Virus record (IMG/VR): IMGVR_UViG_3300020045_008761
Coordinates: 1 to 35,490 of that record
Reading direction: 5' to 3' (one strand)
Origin: a virus
Lineage: Duplodnaviria; Caudoviricetes
DNA length: 35,490 nt
The position numbers were made by a program, and so were the translations under genes. The notes under the pieces are model-generated. The model was not told the origin of the DNA, searched no databases, and worked only from the letters and a program-made list of their open reading frames with translations. Below are positions 1-7,403 of the stretch, piece after piece. Position 1 is the stretch's first letter. Each line of letters opens with the position of its first letter.

Positions 1-38
1 CCCAAACTCTTTAGTTTTTTAGCTAGTTCGTAGTTCAT
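1..38 (-). CDS. 5' end of a small hypothetical phage protein (MNYELAKKLKEFG...), runs off the window
   Basis: ATG at 38-36, two bases after the groEL stop; frame open to the window edge. Confidence 0.6.
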   Translation of the reverse strand, partial: MNYELAKKLKSL

Positions 39-40
39 AA

Positions 41-1585
41 TTAAGAGTGTTGATAATTATGTTCTGATTCTTCTTGTGAAGGTGCATTCTCTACTTCTTG
101 GACATACTTAGGCTTTACTCTCTCGGTAACAATAGCTCCGTTAGCGGTGGCAAATGATGAGGCAACTGAACAAGCATTTCTTAATGCTGTTTTCAAGACT
201 AACATAGGATCTCTTACCCAATCTTCTATTACAAATCCACTCGGTGCGGTGGCAATTATCTGATTATAGATTGATAGCAAAGGTCTTTTTAGGATATAGT
301 CATTAGGTAGAGATTCTGAAATTTCTTTAAAAGCTAGTCCAGCACCTTTCACCACACCTCCTTGGAAGGCTACTCTGACAGCATTTACCGCATCTTCGGC
401 TTTATCATTCAGTCTCTTTCTTTCAATATCTGAATGTGATCCAACTTTTAAGATCGCAAAACCTTTAGTAAGTTGGGCAATCCTTAGTTTTAGATTTTTC
501 TTTTCAAATTCAGATTTAGAACCATTGAGATAATCTTCGATTTCTTTTACCCTTTTCTCAATTTTCTCTGTTATCTCATCTTTAGCAGTGAAAATAGCAG
601 AATACCTACCAGCCACCAGTTTTTCTACATAACCCAAATCAGTTATTTGTATATCTTCTATGTTATAAGTCTCATCATGATAAAAAGTACCCCCGAATAC
701 AGCCTCCATATCTTTCATTATTTCATTTTGGTCAGTATATGGTGCATTGACAGGATAAACCTTTATTCTTGATTCTTTGATGTTATAAAGACAGGTTTTT
801 ATAGCTTCTGATGAAAAACCTCTGGCTACAACAATTAGATTGATCGGTTTGTTGAGCTGATTCAACTGATTGAATAGGTTAGTAAACACGCCCAAATCCT
901 TTAGAACCACATTAGTCATGGCGATCAAACACTTTTCAACTTCTAGTGTCTGCTTTTCTTGGTTATTCATTATCATAGAAGTACCGAATCCATTATCAAT
1001 CTTTATCCCTTTGACAAACTCAACCGAGCAAGTCTTTTCGGCTGTTTCTTCTGCCAAGATTATTCCATTTTCTCCTAGTTTAAACTGTGTTTGACCGATC
1101 AATTGACCTAATTCTTTATCCTCTACTGCAACCATAGCTGAATTTATTAAATCGTCCTCGGTTTCAATCTTTTCAACCATAGCTTCCAGTTTTTCTGTTA
1201 TTTCCACTCGCTCATTTTCAATTTTCCTAATAAGTTCTGATGGTGTTATCTTACCCATCGATCCTTTTTCAGAATCAGGTAGCAATTTAACACTTTCTTT
1301 TAAAATAGCTTGAGCGAGAGTAATAGCGGTAGTCGTACCATCACCGACTTCATCATTAGTCTTGACTGAGGCTTCTTTGAGGGTAGAAGCACCCATATTC
1401 TCTATTTCGTCTTTTAGCTCGACTTCTCTAGCAATAGTTACACCATCGTTAGTAACCTTTCTCCCTTTTTCAAGAAAGACATTTTGACCAAAAGGACCAA
1501 GAGTAGACTTGACCAAATCTGCTACCACATCAGCACCTTTGATTAACTTATTTCTAGCTTTTGATCCACTTTCAACTATTTTCAT
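41..1585 (-). CDS. groEL: GroEL/Cpn60-like chaperonin, divergent and phage-encoded
   Basis: Motifs [47 protein letters not shown]...TALRNA. Start moved to ATG 1585, which follows GAGGA. Confidence 0.95.
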   Translation of the reverse strand: MKIVESGSKARNKLIKGADVVADLVKSTLGPFGQNVFLEKGRKVTNDGVTIAREVELKDEIENMGASTLKEASVKTNDEVGDGTTTAITLAQAILKESVKLLPDSEKGSMGKITPSELIRKIENERVEITEKLEAMVEKIETEDDLINSAMVAVEDKELGQLIGQTQFKLGENGIILAEETAEKTCSVEFVKGIKIDNGFGTSMIMNNQEKQTLEVEKCLIAMTNVVLKDLGVFTNLFNQLNQLNKPINLIVVARGFSSEAIKTCLYNIKESRIKVYPVNAPYTDQNEIMKDMEAVFGGTFYHDETYNIEDIQITDLGYVEKLVAGRYSAIFTAKDEITEKIEKRVKEIEDYLNGSKSEFEKKNLKLRIAQLTKGFAILKVGSHSDIERKRLNDKAEDAVNAVRVAFQGGVVKGAGLAFKEISESLPNDYILKRPLLSIYNQIIATAPSGFVIEDWVRDPMLVLKTALRNACSVASSFATANGAIVTERVKPKYVQEVENAPSQEESEHNYQHS

Positions 1586-1648
1586 GTTTGTTTCCTCTGT
1601 CCTGTACCCACCTAACAAGGAGATACAGGGCAGAAAATGTTAGGTTAA
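1586..1648 (-). promoter_or_regulatory. Structured groEL 5' leader sequestering the Shine-Dalgarno site (fourU-thermometer-like)
   Basis: RNA UUUUCUG-c-CCUGUAUCU pairs with GGGUACAGG-a-CAGAGGA; UUUU lies opposite AGGA. Confidence 0.65.
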
Positions 1649-1655
1649 TAATCCC

Positions 1656-1664
1656 ATTATATCA
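1656..1664 (-). promoter_or_regulatory. Extended -10 promoter for groEL (TGATATAAT)
   Basis: Perfect TGnTATAAT in intergenic DNA about 70 nt upstream of the ATG. Confidence 0.75.
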
Positions 1665-1698
1665 CGTTATTTATTTAAAATCTAAGGTCTAGCCTACC

Positions 1699-1707
1699 TG
1701 TGGATAA
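1699..1707 (-). promoter_or_regulatory. Perfect DnaA box (TTATCCACA)
   Basis: + strand TGTGGATAA, intergenic, upstream of the groEL promoter. Confidence 0.6.
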
Positions 1708-1722
1708 CGAAATCTGGGTTAT

Positions 1723-2148
1723 TTAATAGCTCCCCAGAGTCTCTTTAGTTACCCATTTACCTCCGACTTTCTTTTTACCGTCTTCATAGTTTTTCAATTC
1801 TGCCAATAAGTCTAAAAGTGTATCCAGGTATATTGTGCAAAGTGTTTCTGATAAGGGTTGATTGTGGAGTTTATAAACTAATACTGGCTCTCTACCTAGA
1901 CTTTGTAATTTTCTTGTTTGCGACCACCAGTCTGGTATTGCTAGATTTTTATGGTTCTTGCATTCTATACCGGCATTTTGACCGAGTATCATCATGGAAG
2001 TCCAAATATCCCCTTTTTCACTATTACCATTACCCGAGCCGTGAGAGGGATAGGCTTTTAAATCAATACCCTTAGCTCGAATCTCGTCAGCGACATATTT
2101 CTCCAATAATTTTCCTTTTTGTACTCTTGTTTTCATCTTTTCAATCAT
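1723..2148 (-). CDS. PD-(D/E)xK nuclease, Holliday junction resolvase-like
   Basis: KGKLLEKYVA...GSG...KGDI...IECKN pattern typical of Hjc-like phage resolvases. Confidence 0.75.
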   Translation of the reverse strand: MIEKMKTRVQKGKLLEKYVADEIRAKGIDLKAYPSHGSGNGNSEKGDIWTSMMILGQNAGIECKNHKNLAIPDWWSQTRKLQSLGREPVLVYKLHNQPLSETLCTIYLDTLLDLLAELKNYEDGKKKVGGKWVTKETLGSY

Positions 2149-2170
2149 ATAAATTATAACATTTTATTGT

Positions 2171-2320
2171 TTACTGTACGAATAAATAAAATACGGTTAA
2201 TCCTAAACAAATAACACACAATTTAAAATCTATACCGTCGGTTCCTCTATTAGAAACAATCGCACAAAGTCCATACCCGCTTATAAAGCTAAAAATACTT
2301 AAAATTATTAAATTGATCAT
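2171..2320 (-). CDS. 49-aa membrane protein with two hydrophobic segments
   Basis: Hand-translated MINLIILSIFSFISGYGLCAIV...LCVICLGLTVFYLFVQ; ATGA overlap with a 17-aa upstream ORF (2317-2370). Confidence 0.55.
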   Translation of the reverse strand: MINLIILSIFSFISGYGLCAIVSNRGTDGIDFKLCVICLGLTVFYLFVQ

Positions 2321-2378
2321 TTCTCTTGTGTTAAAAGGTCTAGTAAATCATCCTTTTTCTCTGGTTCCATATATTTAT

Positions 2379-2720
2379 TTAATTACTAATTACTTCTTCT
2401 AAGGGGACTATTACGCCATCCCAATCTCTTGGCTCCCTCCCACCTTTCGCAGCATTGCATTTAGGATGCATGAGTTGGCAATTTTCAATATCATTCGTGC
2501 CACCTCGCCAAATTGGGATTTTGTGGTCAATGTCTACATCAATATTTTTCCGTTTGACCCTCGCAATTTTCATACTTTTTCTCATCTTCATCCATTGGAC
2601 ATATTTTTTCAACCCTTCAATGTCTAATTTCTTGCCACACCAAGGACAAGTATCATTCATAAAAGGCAGAATTTTGTCTAAGAACCTATAACCGTTTTTT
2701 CTTAATTTTCTCTTTTTCAT
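2379..2720 (-). CDS. HNH endonuclease (McrA-like, Zn-binding)
   Basis: CPWC...DIDHKIPIWRGGTNDIENCQLMHPKCNAAKG. Start placed at ATG 2720 because the longer ORF extension is a hairpin. Confidence 0.88.
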   Translation of the reverse strand: MKKRKLRKNGYRFLDKILPFMNDTCPWCGKKLDIEGLKKYVQWMKMRKSMKIARVKRKNIDVDIDHKIPIWRGGTNDIENCQLMHPKCNAAKGGREPRDWDGVIVPLEEVISN

Positions 2721-2736
2721 GTTTACCTTTTCCCTG

Positions 2737-2838
2737 GTATCAGGAGCTAGTGATGGGCGGGTGCGTTCGGGTTGCAGTTGTCCCAGGAAAGCCCTAGAAC
2801 GTTCAACCCCATACCCGACCATCAACAACCCCCGATAC
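2737..2838 (-). ncRNA. About 100-nt rod-like RNA hairpin in intergenic DNA
   Basis: Long GC-rich imperfect inverted repeat; many mismatches become G-U pairs on the minus-strand RNA. Confidence 0.6.
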
Positions 2839-2851
2839 TTTCTTTCATATA

Positions 2852-3256
2852 TTATTTGTTTAAATTATAGCCTATAATTTCTCTTAAAGTCATTTTTCTT
2901 TCTGACACTACTTTCTCTAGCGTGTATGAGGTAGGCCCTTTACATTGTCCTAAATACATACTAACAGTTAGATTAAAAATCCACTGGTCGTCATATATTT
3001 CTCTCAAAGAGAGATCATTAATTTTTAATTGAGTATGCTCATTTACCTTATCTAATCCTTTTTCTTCTGCGTATTTATTTGTTTCTTTATACACCAAATC
3101 TTTGCAGTCTTTAATTTCTTTCTCTGAAGGATATGTACGTGGGTTTATTTCATAACCTATCTCTGCGGTCAAAATTGGTTCGTAATAAAAAGACAAAAGA
3201 CCAACAGTAATCGGAATTGTTAGTATAAAAAATACGTAAATAAGTATTTTCATCAT
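2852..3256 (-). CDS. Hypothetical protein with N-terminal transmembrane anchor
   Basis: 134-aa ORF with hydrophobic N-terminus; ATGA overlap with the upstream gene. Confidence 0.75.
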   Translation of the reverse strand: MMKILIYVFFILTIPITVGLLSFYYEPILTAEIGYEINPRTYPSEKEIKDCKDLVYKETNKYAEEKGLDKVNEHTQLKINDLSLREIYDDQWIFNLTVSMYLGQCKGPTSYTLEKVVSERKMTLREIIGYNLNK

Positions 3257-3513
3257 TTTAGTTTTGAGATTATATCTGAGAGAGCGACATTAAAACCTTC
3301 GTAATAATTATCTAGCTCTTTAATGTGGTCTCTCTTGTCAACTTTCATCCCCTCTCCCATCTCCTCCACACTTTGCAGGAGGTCTTTGGTGTAGGTAGAA
3401 AAAAGAGAGTTTATGTCCTTAATATTAAGCGTGATTTCTCCTTCGTGCGGAAAATCAACAGCTAGGTCTAAAATTTTTATCTCCGCTTGTGCTATAACAT
3501 CTTTGATTTTCAT
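3253..3513 (-). CDS. Hypothetical phage protein
   Basis: 86-aa ORF, tightly packed; ends EGFNVALSDI, typical of small phage proteins. Confidence 0.75.
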   Translation of the reverse strand: MKIKDVIAQAEIKILDLAVDFPHEGEITLNIKDINSLFSTYTKDLLQSVEEMGEGMKVDKRDHIKELDNYYEGFNVALSDIISKLK

Positions 3514-3518
3514 ATTAT

Positions 3519-3704
3519 TTAATTTAAATTCTTTCTTACTCTTTCTAATGTGTTTCTAAATTTATTGAACCAATTTAAGCCAGAATTTTCGCACTCTTTC
3601 TCTTTTGTATCTCTAATTTCAAAAGCTAAAAGGTAAAGTAAATCAAAGATATTTTCTTGATGTTCTAAACTATATCGTTCTTCTCTGTTTTCTTCTTTCA
3701 TCAT
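3519..3704 (-). CDS. Small hypothetical protein with CENSGxNWF motif
   Basis: ATG directly after the intergenic repeat; paralog at 4398-4562. Confidence 0.75.
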   Translation of the reverse strand: MMKEENREERYSLEHQENIFDLLYLLAFEIRDTKEKECENSGLNWFNKFRNTLERVRKNLN

Positions 3705-3711
3705 ATAGAGG

Positions 3712-3843
3712 TTAAAATAATAAATTATAAATATATATCGTAATTTCACCAACCGCTCGCATAGTATTTAGAAGTAAAGATAATAGAATTAAGCCAAGCC
3801 ACCACCCAGGGACTATCCAATTTGTCTTTAAAAATTCTTTCAT
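3712..3843 (-). CDS. 43-aa hydrophobic protein
   Basis: Hand-translated MKEFLKTNWIVPGCGLGLILLSLLL...; fills the space between two repeat copies. Confidence 0.6.
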   Translation of the reverse strand: MKEFLKTNWIVPGWWLGLILLSLLLNTMRAVGEITIYIYNLLF

Positions 3844-3867
3844 TTCATAGAGGTTTAAATAATAAAT

Positions 3868-4125
3868 CTAAAATTTGTCAATACTAATAAGTTGATATTC
3901 TCTGGCGTTGTTCCAGTCGTGCCCCTCTTGCATAAATATTTTACCAGTCCATTCCCACTCACAAATTGTTTCTATTGGTTTATCAATTAGCGGATAATCT
4001 TTAAAGTCAATCGTTTTGACACTTATCGGCTGTGTCATCGCCAACCTAAATCTGTTCCCTGTTTCTTCAGGAACTTCCATTACACCGCTCAATTTACTTC
4101 CAAATGCTCTTAATACTATTTTCAT
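3868..4125 (-). CDS. Hypothetical protein
   Basis: 85-aa ORF bounded by repeat copies. Confidence 0.75.
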   Translation of the reverse strand: MKIVLRAFGSKLSGVMEVPEETGNRFRLAMTQPISVKTIDFKDYPLIDKPIETICEWEWTGKIFMQEGHDWNNAREYQLISIDKF

Positions 4126-4148
4126 CTCATAGAGGTTAAAATAATAAA

Positions 4149-4370
4149 TTAAATTCGTTTTTGGGCTTTTAATATTGCCTGTGCGTGTTCTGGACTAATT
4201 CCTTCTCGTCTTGAAAAATCAGCGACAATCGGAGGAAAACTAGAGAGATGCTTTTCTTCTAGTATTCTGTTCATATTTGCGTCTAAAGCATCTTGTGATG
4301 TCTGTAAATCAACATAAAAGCGATATGTGGTGTTAGTGAGATATTTCCAAACGTGTTTTAGTTTCTTCAT
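4149..4370 (-). CDS. Hypothetical protein
   Basis: 73-aa ORF bounded by repeat copies. Confidence 0.7.
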   Translation of the reverse strand: MKKLKHVWKYLTNTTYRFYVDLQTSQDALDANMNRILEEKHLSSFPPIVADFSRREGISPEHAQAILKAQKRI

Positions 4371-4397
4371 TTCATAGAGGTTAAAGGGGTTGATAAA

Positions 4398-4562
4398 TTA
4401 TTTTACTTTGTTAAACATTTGTAAAAATTCACCATAGAACCAGTTAGTGCCAGAATTTTCACAGTTTTCATCCTCTAAGTAAGCAATCTTGCCCGCCAAA
4501 TGAAATATCAAATCTTTAACTGTAATTTTCTCTTTCACTACCTTTTGTTTCTTTGTTCTCAT
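4398..4562 (-). CDS. 54-aa hypothetical protein with CENSGxNWF motif
   Basis: Hand-translated ...DLIFHLAGKIAYLEDENCENSGTNWFY...; similar to 3519-3704; ATGA-coupled to an 18-aa ORF (4559-4615). Confidence 0.75.
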   Translation of the reverse strand: MRTKKQKVVKEKITVKDLIFHLAGKIAYLEDENCENSGTNWFYGEFLQMFNKVK

Positions 4563-4617
4563 TGCTCTCTAATTACTTGTAAGGTTTTCTCCTCATTCTC
4601 TTTGTTTGTGGTCATGG

Positions 4618-4899
4618 TTATTTAACTTCTCTTAATATTGCCTCATCTATAATCTTTTTATACTCCTCAAACTCCCCTGGAGTAAGCATGAGTATTCCAT
4701 TCTCTGTCCTTACTTTTATCTTACCTTCATTTCTATTGTTCTCTTCGTCAAACATTTGTTTTATCTTTTGCTCAGCGTACCAGTCGCACACTTCAATCAA
4801 CAAATCTTGATCTTTACTCGAAAGGTCTCCTACTACATCTTGGAGTCTTTCAATTAGTGTATCGACCAATATTTCTCTTTCACTTGATGATCTACTCAT
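4618..4899 (-). CDS. Hypothetical protein
   Basis: 93-aa ORF in a packed operon. Confidence 0.75.
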   Translation of the reverse strand: MSRSSSEREILVDTLIERLQDVVGDLSSKDQDLLIEVCDWYAEQKIKQMFDEENNRNEGKIKVRTENGILMLTPGEFEEYKKIIDEAILREVK

Positions 4900-4905
4900 G
4901 TTATT

Positions 4906-5235
4906 TTAATTTAATTTTTCAATATAGCGTTCTCCTAGCACTGCAAGCTGTTGACGTCTCCATGTGTTAAAGTCAATCTCAATCCCTTTCTGTTTATGAT
5001 AGACAAACATTCTCCTTCGTAATACTTCGCTAGCGGATAGTTCGTCCTCTTGGGCATTTTCGTCTGGTATCACCTCATCTTTATTCTCAGAGAAAATAAG
5101 CCAACCAAAAGCATTGTGATGTTTCTTTAGTTCGGCAAAATCATCTGCTGATAACTCTTGAGTGGCAAATCTTAAACCTGCCGATCCATCGCTCTTTGAA
5201 CTAAACCCTGTAAAATATGCTGGTAAGCGAATCAT
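4906..5235 (-). CDS. Hypothetical phage protein
   Basis: 109-aa ORF; stop/start overlap with the upstream gene. Confidence 0.8.
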   Translation of the reverse strand: MIRLPAYFTGFSSKSDGSAGLRFATQELSADDFAELKKHHNAFGWLIFSENKDEVIPDENAQEDELSASEVLRRRMFVYHKQKGIEIDFNTWRRQQLAVLGERYIEKLN

Positions 5236-5726
5236 TAGAATGGGGGTTGTGTAAGAAAGAACTCTCTCCAGTGTAGGTATTTTTCTTTAAGGAGCTTCTC
5301 TTTCTCTACTGATAATAGTGGATCACTGGCAAGCTCAGGATAAAATGTTGTTACCATTAGCACCGCATCTCTTTGAGCCTGACTTTCCTTTATGGCTTCT
5401 TGTTTAGTTTCCTGTGCTTCTTTGATAAATTCTCGCTTTTCAGTTGCCATCTGTTGCATACCTGCTTTTAAACCCCCTTTATTGCCACCTGTTTGCCCCG
5501 TAGTAGCTGGTTTAGGTGGGTAAAGGGTAAACTTACCAGTCCCAGGTTTTTCCCATAGGTTGCCCTCTATAAAGCCTCCATTTTGGATTTCATTGAAACC
5601 AGGGAAGTCACCCCAAACAGAGAATTTAACTTTATTATTCTGTTCATCGGTACCATCAATCTCCATTACATCCTTGTTGAGACTGTCTATGTGCTTTTTT
5701 TCTAACCAATCTATTTTAATCTTCAT
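5235..5726 (-). CDS. Possible single-stranded DNA-binding protein (OB-fold-like)
   Basis: Beta-rich aromatic N-terminal domain, Gly-rich linker, C-terminal PPF like SSB tails; function inferred. Confidence 0.5.
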   Translation of the reverse strand: MKIKIDWLEKKHIDSLNKDVMEIDGTDEQNNKVKFSVWGDFPGFNEIQNGGFIEGNLWEKPGTGKFTLYPPKPATTGQTGGNKGGLKAGMQQMATEKREFIKEAQETKQEAIKESQAQRDAVLMVTTFYPELASDPLLSVEKEKLLKEKYLHWREFFLTQPPF

Positions 5727-5874
5727 TGTTTTCTTGATTACTTATAAAATCATCATCCAAACCATACACTCGGTCAAAATCTATTCCCTGTTCTCTGGCT
5801 ATGGCGTGTACTTCGTTTACACTCATGCCCTTTTGAATTAAGTCAGAGCAGATTTCGTTTAAGTTAGTTTCCAT
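5716..5874 (-). CDS. 52-aa acidic hypothetical protein
   Basis: Hand-translated METNLNEICSDLIQKG...; overlaps both neighbours by 11 nt. Confidence 0.6.
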   Translation of the reverse strand: METNLNEICSDLIQKGMSVNEVHAIAREQGIDFDRVYGLDDDFISNQENNED

Positions 5875-6007
5875 CTTGGAGCTTAGTTAGTATTCCTTTT
5901 AAGATTACTCTTGAAGTATTAGATTGTTGGTCAGGATTTTCTAGTTCTTGTTCGCATAACCATTTTAGATATTCAATTTGCTGTTCATTAAGTTCAAATG
6001 TTTTCAT
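5864..6007 (-). CDS. 47-aa hypothetical protein
   Basis: Hand-translated MKTFELNEQQIEYLKWLCEQ...; fills the operon gap. Confidence 0.6.
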   Translation of the reverse strand: MKTFELNEQQIEYLKWLCEQELENPDQQSNTSRVILKGILTKLQDGN

Positions 6008-6022
6008 GTTCGTTTGGGTTAG

Positions 6023-6535
6023 TTACTTTAATAATTTATTTGGAAGAGCAAAATCACCAAAAAGTTTTTTTGTAGCTACATCATACGCTTTCCCTGCTGT
6101 TTTACTGTCACTAAAAACCCCAAGTGAAATTTTTTTACCCCCAACAGTTATTCTTGCCACCCATTTTTTTAGTCCTTTGTGCCACCCAACACCTTTAAAC
6201 CCAGATGAATTATCTTTTCTTCTTAGGGCGTTTCTGTTATTCAACATTGAATTACAAATTCTTAAATTTGATTTCCTATTATCGAGTCCGTTATGGTTTA
6301 TGTGATCAACCATAACCTTAGGATCAGAAAGTCCTAATACAACCCTATGCATAAGAATTGATTTTGTTTTTCTAATTACACCCTTTAATCTTATCGATCG
6401 TATTACATAGTCGGTATTTAAACTTTTATGTAAACACCATTTAAATTTATTAAGTCGACTAAAATCATCATCATCAACTATGGCATATTTTTGCTGTGTT
6501 AATTTAATTTTTTTCATCATTTTTTGGTGGGTCAT
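6023..6535 (-). CDS. HNH endonuclease with C-terminal AP2 DNA-binding domain
   Basis: MHRVVLG...VDHINHNGLDNRKSNLRIC...N, then SSGFKGVGWHK...KWVARI...LGVF...AGKAYD. Confidence 0.95.
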   Translation of the reverse strand: MTHQKMMKKIKLTQQKYAIVDDDDFSRLNKFKWCLHKSLNTDYVIRSIRLKGVIRKTKSILMHRVVLGLSDPKVMVDHINHNGLDNRKSNLRICNSMLNNRNALRRKDNSSGFKGVGWHKGLKKWVARITVGGKKISLGVFSDSKTAGKAYDVATKKLFGDFALPNKLLK

Positions 6536-6647
6536 CCTGTCGGTCTGATTCTAGATCAAACCAGGTCTCCTCTTTTGGCTCGGCTTCATCAATATCATCA
6601 ATCCTCTGGTGATCGGCTGATATGTTCTCGTCTAAAAAATTTGTCAT
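6504..6647 (-). CDS. 47-aa highly acidic peptide
   Basis: Hand-translated MTNFLDENISADHQRIDDIDEAEPKEETWFDLESD...; ATGA-coupled. Confidence 0.55.
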   Translation of the reverse strand: MTNFLDENISADHQRIDDIDEAEPKEETWFDLESDRQDDPPKNDEKN

Positions 6648-6730
6648 TGTAATGAAGTTAATACCAGATAAATAACCCAGCCTGCTAAAATCATAAAGGC
6701 TACTGCTACAATTGCTTCTGCGTTTGTCAT
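6644..6730 (-). CDS. 28-aa single-pass membrane peptide
   Basis: MTNAEAIVAVAFMILAGWVIYLVLTSLQ; ATGA overlaps at both ends. Confidence 0.6.
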   Translation of the reverse strand: MTNAEAIVAVAFMILAGWVIYLVLTSLQ

Positions 6731-6882
6731 TGTAGTTTATATCCTAGACTAATGGCTGATAATACTACCGCTATGGAACACATTACCAAGATGATGCCGA
6801 CTAATATTGTTACCCAATCTCTATGCTTGTGAGCATTTAGGGTCAATTTCTCGAATGCTAAACCTTTTGTTTTAGTTGTCAT
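6727..6882 (-). CDS. 51-aa single-pass membrane protein
   Basis: ...WVTILVGIILVMCSIAVVLSAISLGY...; coupled to neighbours. Confidence 0.6.
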   Translation of the reverse strand: MTTKTKGLAFEKLTLNAHKHRDWVTILVGIILVMCSIAVVLSAISLGYKLQ

Positions 6883-7006
6883 TGACGCCAATTAGAATTC
6901 TAATAAATTGAGAGCCGGTCATTTTTCTTATCTTAGCGTTTTTCTCTACCTTCTTTATCTCACTAGGAAGGAGATAGTACACTTTGCGTTTTAATCTTTC
7001 TTTCAT
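6872..7006 (-). CDS. 44-aa ribbon-helix-helix (CopG/Arc-like) regulator
   Basis: MKERLKRKVYYLLPSEIKKVEKNAKIRKMTGSQFIRILI fits the strand-helix-helix pattern; first gene after the promoter. Confidence 0.7.
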   Translation of the reverse strand: MKERLKRKVYYLLPSEIKKVEKNAKIRKMTGSQFIRILIGVNDN

Positions 7007-7026
7007 TTGTTTATAATTATGGTTTT

Positions 7027-7110
7027 GGTAGTTGGGGGCAACTGGCGAGAAGGCGAGTAGATTGCATTAACTAAAATCTACAAATCTTCCGCTGTTACTA
7101 CCCCTGTACC
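7027..7110 (-). promoter_or_regulatory. About 85-nt interrupted hairpin in the 5' leader
   Basis: Nested pairings GGUA/UACC, GGGG/CCCC, GCG/CGC, GAAG/CUUC, GUAGAUU/AAUCUAC. Confidence 0.55.
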
Positions 7111-7123
7111 TTAACCTGAGACT

Positions 7124-7152
7124 ATCTTATCATGTGGAAGTTTAACGTGCAA
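7124..7152 (-). promoter_or_regulatory. Sigma70-type promoter TTGCAC-17-TAAGAT with extended TG
   Basis: -35 at 7152-7147, -10 at 7129-7124; DnaA-box-like site at 7172-7180. Confidence 0.75.
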
Positions 7153-7184
7153 TAGGTCTTTTTTATAAAACTGGGGATAACGGT

Positions 7185-7397
7185 TTATTTTAATTTACCC
7201 CTATTGACCATTTCTTTTAAAACCAAAGCTAGATAAATATAAAGTCTGGCTCCAATTCCCCAATTTTTTACCTTAGCCACTTGAATAGCTTTTAATTCAC
7301 CATTCACCCAGCCCATTACCAATTCAAAATCTTCCTCTGTGATAGGAGTGTTTTTTTGACCAACATATATTGTTTTAGCTTTTTCAATTAGACTCAT
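7185..7397 (-). CDS. Small basic protein, possibly DNA-binding
   Basis: 70-aa ORF with helix-turn-helix-like stretch (LKAIQVAKVKNWG). Confidence 0.7.
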   Translation of the reverse strand: MSLIEKAKTIYVGQKNTPITEEDFELVMGWVNGELKAIQVAKVKNWGIGARLYIYLALVLKEMVNRGKLK

Positions 7398-7403
7398 ATT
7401 GTT

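Larger units (their letters stand above)
3705..4400 (-). repeat. Four copies of a ~22-28 bp start-associated direct repeat (ATTTATTATTTWAACCTCTATGARATG)
   Basis: Copies at 3705-3726, 3841-3867, 4123-4150 and 4368-4400 (last one degenerate), each abutting a start codon. Confidence 0.9.

Noticed and set aside
1586-1720. CIRCE/HrcA operator upstream of groEL
   Set aside because: TTAGCACTC-N9-GAGTGCTAA is not present
2737-2838. SRP (4.5S) RNA, or a coding N-terminal extension of the HNH gene
   Set aside because: Lacks the SRP domain IV consensus; the 36-codon extension coincides with the hairpin and looks non-coding
3705-4400. CRISPR or integron attC interpretation of the four repeats
   Set aside because: Spacers are whole genes of unequal length; repeats are not palindromic and lack attC RYYYAAC/GTTRRRY ends; no integrase in the window
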